A DNA stretch of 64,000 bases from Nitrospirae bacterium JdFR-85 (GTDB taxonomy: Bacteria; Nitrospirota; Thermodesulfovibrionia; Thermodesulfovibrionales; JdFR-85), in the NCBI GenBank assembly GCA_002011745.1, contig MTOU01000013.1, positions 128,279 to 192,278 on the forward strand. The letters run 5' to 3'. A model generated the notes under the pieces. The model had not been told where the DNA came from. It did not search any database and saw only the letters and a program-made list of their open reading frames with translations. Below are positions 57,843-64,000 of this stretch, one piece after another (within the stretch, counting starts at the first letter, position 1; each line of letters opens with the position of its first letter). The translations under genes and the position numbers were made by a program.

Positions 57843-58977
57843 AAGATATTATCTTTCACCTGATACTCTTCTCCGCTGGCTCGAGACACCCTCAGTCTAT
57901 AATGTAAAAAAAGACGAGCTTTATGAAGTGGATAATAAGGGCTTCCAGTTTCTCCAGGATTGCGCCTCAGAAGAAGGATGCTTCACAGATGATAAAGAAT
58001 TTGTTCAATACTGCCTTGAAGAAGGAATCCTTACAGAGGCTGCTTCATCACCAAGACCCCAGAAAATCAAAAAATCTCCAAAGCCTTCCTTAAGATATCT
58101 TGAGCTGCTCATCACAGACAGATGCAATCTCCGGTGTCTTCACTGTTATATAGACCCACCAGAACAGTATGAACTCTCCATTGAGGATCTTAAAAAGGTA
58201 TTGGAGGAGTTTAATGAGATGCAAGGATTAAAAGTGCTAATTTCAGGTGGTGAACCTCTTGTACACAGGGATTTCATGAGATTGAATGAATTTCTAAAAA
58301 ACTATCCCCTGAGAAAGGTACTCTTAACAAATGGAATCCTTCTCAGAGAAGAGGTTCTCAATAGGTTAAATGTTCACGAGATCCAGTTCAGTATAGATGG
58401 GATTGGTCCTTCCCATGAGGTAATCCGCGGTAAAGGGACCTTCTCCAAAACCATACAGGCGTTAAGGATGGCAATAGAGGCTGGTTTTGATGTTTCAGTT
58501 TCTACAATGGTTTACAGAGGTAATCTCAAGGAATTTGATGAGATGGAGTCCCTTTTTAAGGAGTTTGGAGTTAAGGAATGGATAGTTGATGTGCCTTGTG
58601 TTACTGGCAGACTCCTGAAAAATTCTGAACTTGTTGTTCCTCCAGAAGTGGCAGGCAGGTACCTGAGATACGGCTATGGCGGAGGATTTCATGGAGGCGG
58701 AGAAGGCTTTGGTTGCGGTCTGCACTTAGTTTCAGTGCTGCCTGATGGGAGTGTCTCAAAGTGTGCTTTTTACAGAGACAGACCTGTGGGTCATATATCA
58801 GAAGGACTGAGAGAATGTTGGCAAAGGGTTAAACCCATTGAGATAAAATCACTCAGTTGCAGTTGTGATTTTCTTAATATCTGTAGAGGCGGATGCCGCT
58901 ACAGGGCAGAACTTTGTTCAGGCCCCTCAGACCCTGACCCTTACAAGTGCTACGCCTTTGGGGTGAAAAGAAAATAA
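57835..58977 (+). CDS. radical SAM / SPASM-type enzyme with N-terminal PqqD/RRE-like extension (putative peptide-modifying maturase)
   Basis: 380 aa. CNLRCLHC (CxxxCxxC), SGGEPL, and a C-terminal auxiliary-cluster cysteines region (CGLH...KCAF...CSCDFLNICRGGCRYRAELC). The GTG start overlaps the gpsA stop by 8 nt. Confidence 0.75.
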   Translation: MSKRYYLSPDTLLRWLETPSVYNVKKDELYEVDNKGFQFLQDCASEEGCFTDDKEFVQYCLEEGILTEAASSPRPQKIKKSPKPSLRYLELLITDRCNLRCLHCYIDPPEQYELSIEDLKKVLEEFNEMQGLKVLISGGEPLVHRDFMRLNEFLKNYPLRKVLLTNGILLREEVLNRLNVHEIQFSIDGIGPSHEVIRGKGTFSKTIQALRMAIEAGFDVSVSTMVYRGNLKEFDEMESLFKEFGVKEWIVDVPCVTGRLLKNSELVVPPEVAGRYLRYGYGGGFHGGGEGFGCGLHLVSVLPDGSVSKCAFYRDRPVGHISEGLRECWQRVKPIEIKSLSCSCDFLNICRGGCRYRAELCSGPSDPDPYKCYAFGVKRK

Positions 58978-58994
58978 CACTTAGATTGAAAGAG

Positions 58995-59582
58995 TCAGTA
59001 ATTCTTCTTCAATTCCTTCAGAATCTGTTTTCCAATATCCTTCAGGGTCTCAAAAACACCTTTTCCGACTGTTGCCACTGCCTCATAATAGGGAACATTA
59101 TTTGGATTTAATACCCTGTTCATCTCTTCAACAGGGACAATATTAGGAAGGTCTCGTTTGTTGTACTGCATGGTAAATGGAAGCATCTCAAGGTCATACC
59201 CATACTCTGCAAGATTTATCCTTAGGTCTTCCAGACTCTCTATATTTGCATCCATTCTCTCTATTTGTGAGTCAGCCACAAAGACAACACCATCAACCCC
59301 TTTCAGGATCAACTTTCTGCTGGCAGCATAAAAGACCTGGCCAGGTACTGTATACAGATGGAATCTTACCTTAAAACCCTTTATATCACCAAGGGCAAGG
59401 GGTAGGAAATCAAAGAAGAGTGTCCTTTCTGTCTCTGTAGCAAGGGATATTAATTTCCCCTTCTGTTCAGGGGCGGTCTTTTTATATATATATTGGAGAT
59501 TGGTGGTCTTTCCACAAAGACCAGGTCCATAATAAACTATCTTACAGTTTATCTCCCGTGTGGAATAGTTTATAAATGACAC
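58995..59582 (-). CDS. mglA: Ras-like small GTPase MglA
   Basis: 195 aa. MSFINYSTREINCKIVYYGPGLCGKTTNLQYIY...FHLYTVPGQVFY...QYNKRDLP. Near-identical over long stretches to Myxococcus MglA as I recall it. Confidence 0.92.
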   Translation of the reverse strand: MSFINYSTREINCKIVYYGPGLCGKTTNLQYIYKKTAPEQKGKLISLATETERTLFFDFLPLALGDIKGFKVRFHLYTVPGQVFYAASRKLILKGVDGVVFVADSQIERMDANIESLEDLRINLAEYGYDLEMLPFTMQYNKRDLPNIVPVEEMNRVLNPNNVPYYEAVATVGKGVFETLKDIGKQILKELKKNY

Positions 59583-59591
59583 TTTCTAACC

Positions 59592-60074
59592 TTAACCAAA
59601 GAGTTTCTCTATATCTTCATCAGTGATATCTGCAAATGGTGATAGCTCCTTAGTAGTCTTCTCCTCTGGCTTCATTCTATCCATCTCCTGAAAAACCTGC
59701 TCAAGCACCTGTGAAGACCTCTTCACCCTCAACCTCACAAGTCCCAATGATGACCTCTGATCAAAAACAACCACAAGTATAACCCTATTAGCCACAAGAG
59801 AGATATGTATATTGTCCCTCTCACCCTCATGAAAGAGGATCGAAAACTCCTTCTGTCCTAACAGCTTTGCTATACCTCCTGTGGCAGCAATATTACCTGC
59901 TGTGAGAGAGGCGAGTGCAGTGGTGTCTATATTGCGCGTCTCACCTACTGATGCTATAAGCTGTCCATTCTTGTCCACAAGAAAAACCAACTTTGCATTA
60001 GAGAGTTGATAGAGCCTCCTCAGTTCCTCATCAATCCTCCGGAAGGCATCCTCATACATTACAAATTCAGGCAT
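59592..60074 (-). CDS. mglB: Roadblock/LC7 domain protein MglB (GAP of MglA)
   Basis: 160 aa. Roadblock-like core (AKLVFLVDKNGQLIA...) with an acidic C-terminal tail. Immediately upstream of mglA. Confidence 0.75.
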   Translation of the reverse strand: MPEFVMYEDAFRRIDEELRRLYQLSNAKLVFLVDKNGQLIASVGETRNIDTTALASLTAGNIAATGGIAKLLGQKEFSILFHEGERDNIHISLVANRVILVVVFDQRSSLGLVRLRVKRSSQVLEQVFQEMDRMKPEEKTTKELSPFADITDEDIEKLFG

Positions 60075-60109
60075 AATATTTTCCTTATAAATTTACTACT
60101 CAAATTTCA

Positions 60110-61066
60110 TTATTCCTTCTCTTCAGAACCCTCTCTCCACATCCCCTCTTCTCTTAAAAGTGCCTCCCATTCTCTGTCTACATACTCCTGTATCTCCTTT
60201 AACAGATGTTCATTCTCAGGTGAAAAAAGGTGCTTAAACCTACCTTGTGTCTTTAAAAATTCCACAACGGGTTTTTTCTCCTTTGGCTTATAGTTTATCC
60301 TTAGTTTACCATTTTCATACTCATAAAGTGGCCAGAAACATGTCTCTACAGCGAGCTTTGTATCCTGGATTGTGGTGTTTGTAGAAGTTCTCCAACCACG
60401 GTTACAGTGTGCAAGCACATTTATAAATGCAGGACCATCCACCTCAAGCGCCTTACGTACCTTTGTTATAAGATCACGCCAATGGGCGGGTGTACTTTGT
60501 GCTACATAGGGAATACCGTGAGCTGCCATTATCTTTGTAAGATTCTTTCTCGGTTGCACCTTACCAGGTATCACCCTGCCTGCAGGAGATGTGGTAGTGT
60601 TTGCACCAAGAGGTGTGGCACTTGAACGTTGGATTCCTGTATTCATATAGGCACCATTGTCATAACAGATGTAAACTATATCATGTCCCCTTTCCATGGC
60701 ACCAGATAAACTCTGAAAACCAATATCATAGGTGCCTCCGTCTCCTCCAAAGGCAATGAACTTTATCTTTCTATCAATCTTACCTTTCTTCTTCAGTGCC
60801 CTGTACATGGATTCAACACCAGATATGGTTGCAGCAGCATTCTCAAAGGCAGTATGAATCCATGGAATCCTCCATGCAGTATAGGGATAAATTGTGGTTG
60901 ACACCTCTAAACATCCTGTGGCATTTGCAGCCACTACAGGCACTTCTGCTGCCATAAGCACCTGTCTAATAATAATAGGTGCACCACAACCAGCACATAA
61001 TCTATGTCCTCCAGTAAGGAGTTCTTCTTTCTTAGAGAGTTCTTTCAGTCTAAGTGGTGTTGCCAT
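60110..61066 (-). CDS. porB: 2-oxoacid (pyruvate/2-ketoisovalerate):ferredoxin oxidoreductase beta subunit (TPP-binding)
   Basis: 318 aa. CAGCGAPI, GGDGGTYDIG and ICYDNGAYMNTG. Confidence 0.9.
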   Translation of the reverse strand: MATPLRLKELSKKEELLTGGHRLCAGCGAPIIIRQVLMAAEVPVVAANATGCLEVSTTIYPYTAWRIPWIHTAFENAAATISGVESMYRALKKKGKIDRKIKFIAFGGDGGTYDIGFQSLSGAMERGHDIVYICYDNGAYMNTGIQRSSATPLGANTTTSPAGRVIPGKVQPRKNLTKIMAAHGIPYVAQSTPAHWRDLITKVRKALEVDGPAFINVLAHCNRGWRTSTNTTIQDTKLAVETCFWPLYEYENGKLRINYKPKEKKPVVEFLKTQGRFKHLFSPENEHLLKEIQEYVDREWEALLREEGMWREGSEEKE

Positions 61067-61099
61067 AGTCCTGTCTCCTTTCTCTATACTAAGGTTATC

Positions 61100-62278
61100 T
61101 TATTCCCTTACACCGAGGTAATCTTTCTGCTTCTCTATCTTACCACTGTCAAGAACCCTTTTCAACTCCTCTATCACGGTCTCGGCATGCTCTGGCATAA
61201 AGTCTCTTCCACCCAGCCCGTATATCCTGTTTAGCATCAGAGGTCTTGCACCATTTGTGGTTAAGGCAGAGGCTACCTCCATATATACCGGTCCAAATCC
61301 GCCAAAGGAGTCTGCCCTATCAAGTACAGCCACCACCTTTGCCCCTGACAGTGCCTCAGCCACCTCTTTATATGGAAAAGGTCTGAAAAGTCTCGGCTTC
61401 AGAAGCCCCACCTTTACTCCCTTGTCTCTGTATTGGTCCACAACATCCTTCGCAGTCCCTGCGGCAGAGTTCAGAATAACTATTATAACCTCAGCATCAT
61501 CAAGCCTGTATTCCTCAAACAGACCATAGCTTCTACCAGAGACTTTCTCAAACTCCTTAGCAACCTCGAGAACCACTTCCTTTACATTGCCCATTGCCTC
61601 ATGCTGCTGTCGTTTAAACTCCATGTAATAGTCTGGTAGAACAAGGGGACCATAGGTTACAGGATTGTCCACATCAAGAAGGGAATAAAGGGGCTTGTAC
61701 TCTCCCACAAACTCCTTCACCACCTCATCAGGTAGAAATTCCATACTTTCTATAGAATGGCTGATAATAAATCCATCCATACAGACCATCACAGGAAGCC
61801 TCACGTTCTCATGTTCACCTATCCTGACCGCCTGTATAACATTATCATAAGCCTCCTGTGCATTCTCAGAATACAGTTGAATCCATCCACTGTCTCTTGC
61901 TCCCATGGAGTCAGAATGGTCTCCATGTATATTAATGGGTGCCGAAAGTGCCCTATTCACCACAGGCATAACAATGGGAAGTCTCATGCCTGAAGCTATA
62001 TAAAGCATCTCCCACATGAGCGCAAGTCCTTGTGAGCTTGTGGCAGTCATCACCCTTCCACCTGCAGCAGCAGCCCCTATACAGGCACTCATTGCACTAT
62101 GCTCACTCTCCACCGTTATAAGCTCTGTATCCACCTCCCCATCCGAGACAAAAGAGGCAAACCTCTGCATTATCTCGGTCTGAGGTGTGATAGGATAAGC
62201 TGCACAGACATCCGGGTTTATCTGTTTCATGGCAGTTGCTACTGCCTGATTACCTGTTACCGCAAGTTTTTTGCCCAT
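61100..62278 (-). CDS. porA: 2-oxoacid:ferredoxin oxidoreductase alpha subunit
   Basis: 392 aa. VTGNQAVA...AAYPITPQTEI...ESEHSAMSACIGAAAAGGR..TATSSQGL. Confidence 0.9.
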   Translation of the reverse strand: MGKKLAVTGNQAVATAMKQINPDVCAAYPITPQTEIMQRFASFVSDGEVDTELITVESEHSAMSACIGAAAAGGRVMTATSSQGLALMWEMLYIASGMRLPIVMPVVNRALSAPINIHGDHSDSMGARDSGWIQLYSENAQEAYDNVIQAVRIGEHENVRLPVMVCMDGFIISHSIESMEFLPDEVVKEFVGEYKPLYSLLDVDNPVTYGPLVLPDYYMEFKRQQHEAMGNVKEVVLEVAKEFEKVSGRSYGLFEEYRLDDAEVIIVILNSAAGTAKDVVDQYRDKGVKVGLLKPRLFRPFPYKEVAEALSGAKVVAVLDRADSFGGFGPVYMEVASALTTNGARPLMLNRIYGLGGRDFMPEHAETVIEELKRVLDSGKIEKQKDYLGVRE

Positions 62279-62565
62279 TATGTGCCCTCCTCTACCATTA
62301 CTATTGCCTTCTTACCCTTCTTACCAGGACACTCCATCGCACAGATTCCACATCCCTTGCAGTGATCATAATCAAACTCACCCCTTTTGCCGTCCTTCAC
62401 ATTAACTGCAGAGTCAGGACAGTATATCCAACAGAAAAGACACTGGATACAGTTTTCTTCAATCCACTGAGGCCTGAAAGCACGCCAGGAACCTGTATTG
62501 TAACTGGCTGCATTTCCAGCCTCTGGGATTATAGCCCCTATGGTAAGTTCTCTCCATCCCTTCAT
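62278..62565 (-). CDS. porD: 2-oxoacid:ferredoxin oxidoreductase delta subunit (2x[4Fe-4S])
   Basis: 95 aa. [12 protein letters not shown] and [12 protein letters not shown]. Confidence 0.85.
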   Translation of the reverse strand: MKGWRELTIGAIIPEAGNAASYNTGSWRAFRPQWIEENCIQCLFCWIYCPDSAVNVKDGKRGEFDYDHCKGCGICAMECPGKKGKKAIVMVEEGT

Positions 62566-63137
62566 CCTTCCTTTACCTCCTCATATCCTCTTCTGGTTGC
62601 CTCAAGATTGGCAGCTATTATCTTTTCTGAAAATTTACTCCCAAAACTCCCCTTCACATCATCAAGAAGTGTCTGAAGATCCACAATACCTGTTGCCTTT
62701 GCCAAAGCTCCAAGCATACAGGAATTTGGTAAGGGTCTCCCAATTGTTTCAAGAGCAATCTTCGATGCATCTACTGTATAAACCTTCTGTGTATCCTTAA
62801 GTCCAAGCTTCTTTCTTATCTCCTCAGGAGACCTGACAGTATTTATGACAAATATAGCATCATCAGGAGCACCTTCTGTGACATCAATACTATCAAGCAG
62901 TGTAGCATCCACCACAACCACAATATTAGGATTTGTCACAGGTGCATGAATCCTCAGAGGTTTGGTACTTATCCGGTTATAGGCCCTTAGAGGTGCACCA
63001 GCCCTTTCAGGTCCATACTCAGGGAATGCCTGTACATTCTTGCCTCCGCTGAGACAGGCATCTGCAAGAACCTTTGCTGCAGTAACTGTCCCCTGTCCAC
63101 CTCTTCCATGCCATCTAATCTCAATAGTCTCACTCAT
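62562..63137 (-). CDS. porG: 2-oxoacid:ferredoxin oxidoreductase gamma subunit
   Basis: 191 aa. [21 protein letters not shown]. First gene of the four-gene G-D-A-B operon, with overlapping stops and starts. Confidence 0.9.
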   Translation of the reverse strand: MSETIEIRWHGRGGQGTVTAAKVLADACLSGGKNVQAFPEYGPERAGAPLRAYNRISTKPLRIHAPVTNPNIVVVVDATLLDSIDVTEGAPDDAIFVINTVRSPEEIRKKLGLKDTQKVYTVDASKIALETIGRPLPNSCMLGALAKATGIVDLQTLLDDVKGSFGSKFSEKIIAANLEATRRGYEEVKEG

Positions 63138-63302
63138 GTGACCTCCTTCAGAGAATCTATTAAAGTATGGAAGTAATCAATGCAGTTTATTTTAGAGTAT
63201 TGACATTTCATAATGCAAGAAAAGATACCGTAACCCTAACTGCTTTTGACTGAAGCACAAAAATAAGGGACAAATTTAAGTCAGCCATAACAACATGTAG
63301 AG

Positions 63303-63331
63303 AATAATAAAAGAGGGCCATAGGCCCTCTT
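63303..63331 (-). terminator. rho-independent terminator
   Basis: Stem agagggcc/ggccctct with a 3-nt loop (63312-63330), followed on the minus strand by TTTTATTATT. It lies 9 nt after the stop of the partial gene. Confidence 0.7.
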
Positions 63332-63339
63332 TGAATATT

Positions 63340-64000
63340 TTATAACTCTGCGGTCTGCTTAATAGAACTCTCCACCTCTTTCAGCCATAACAGTCTTGAA
63401 CTGTTAATCATGGAGGCATTCAACTGCGGAATCAGTTCATCGGGATTGTAATCTAAGTCTTCTCTCTTTTTAAGAGCAGAAGCCTTAAACTCTGATTTGA
63501 ATGCTTTTATCTGTTTCTTCACATCCGTTGTCCTTGCTACTTTGAGGTCAAACCCCATCTTCTTTGCCAGCAGTTTGAGGGTGTCTCTAAGAGTCTTAGC
63601 ATCTTCGTATGGTTCCACAGCCCTATGGAGCTCACTGAGTCTTCCTTTATAATCCACAATGGTACCCTCCGTCTCATACAGGGTGGTAGCAGGAAGCAAA
63701 AGGTCTGCCTCTTTTGCAAGCTCCGTCATATGAGAATGCTGCACCACAAGGAAATCCACCCCTGAAGGTCTTTTAATAGGAAGTTCACCCACACAGTAAA
63801 GAATCTTCATTCCACCTTCTGCCATCCCTTTGTAGTCTGTGCCTTCACCTTTAAACCCCATAAGCAGGGTGCCCTTTGCATTTGCCTCCAGAGGTACTGC
63901 TAAGGCTGCACCTTTTACCAGAGCCAGTGAAGAAGAAGCTTCAAAAAGCGGAGTTGAACTCAGTACCAATGGATTTGAAGAAGCCACAAACAACTCTGCA
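63340..64000 (-). CDS. C-terminal part of a NuoG-like / molybdopterin-oxidoreductase-family subunit (5' end beyond the right window edge)
   Basis: The frame stays open to base 64000. FLVVQHSHMTELAKEADLLLPATTLYETEGTIVDYKGRLSELHRAVEPYEDAKTLRDTLKLLAKKMG resembles the C-terminal region of NADH dehydrogenase subunit G-type proteins. Confidence 0.45.
   Translation of the reverse strand, partial: AELFVASSNPLVLSSTPLFEASSSLALVKGAALAVPLEANAKGTLLMGFKGEGTDYKGMAEGGMKILYCVGELPIKRPSGVDFLVVQHSHMTELAKEADLLLPATTLYETEGTIVDYKGRLSELHRAVEPYEDAKTLRDTLKLLAKKMGFDLKVARTTDVKKQIKAFKSEFKASALKKREDLDYNPDELIPQLNASMINSSRLLWLKEVESSIKQTAEL

Overview
AT-rich, very gene-dense bacterial chromosome segment. Hand counts of sample 60-nt lines give about one third G+C. 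The gene content includes ribosomal protein bTHX, class V FBP aldolase/phosphatase, a four-subunit 2-oxoacid:ferredoxin oxidoreductase, an archaeal-type RNA ligase pair, MglAB, Tol-Pal and LapB. This suggests an anaerobic, probably thermophilic diderm; Nitrospirota/Thermodesulfovibrio-like is only a guess. Most of the window is housekeeping: an EPS export operon (1-4.8 kb), mreBCD-mrdA-rodA plus two pseudopilins (16.4-22.6 kb), uvrC, two-component and c-di-GMP genes, pal-cpoB-moaA, carB, a purH-like gene, nadD-rsfS-rlmH-lapB, gltX-glnS-gpsA, mglBA and porGDAB. The one clearly accessory stretch is about 7.28-11.32 kb, a decayed, compositionally mosaic integrative-element remnant beside tRNA-Leu(UAG). 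It holds an intact excisionase, an integrase truncated after its first catalytic Arg, an MNT gene with a gutted HEPN partner, a frameshifted metzincin-motif lipoprotein and a methyltransferase remnant. It is bracketed by a 52-bp INVERTED repeat (51/52 identity) made of the first 23 nt of the tRNA plus 29 nt of its upstream flank, which is not the usual direct repeat of a tRNA 3' end. The gene just downstream of the tRNA (NYN/YacP RNase) lacks a canonical start codon. Other points worth a second look: a convergent PIN-partner / Pab1020-type RNA ligase pair whose ligase sits in an operon with a DHH-CBS-CCA/poly(A) nucleotidyltransferase fusion and a GAF-GGDEF gene; a radical SAM/SPASM enzyme with an RRE-like N-terminus and no visible substrate gene; two genes missing from the ORF track (bTHX, rsfS); and an IS256-family remnant. 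I found no CRISPR array, rRNA or recognisable riboswitch, and I cannot point to a demonstrably new multi-gene system. The candidates above are ranked honestly.
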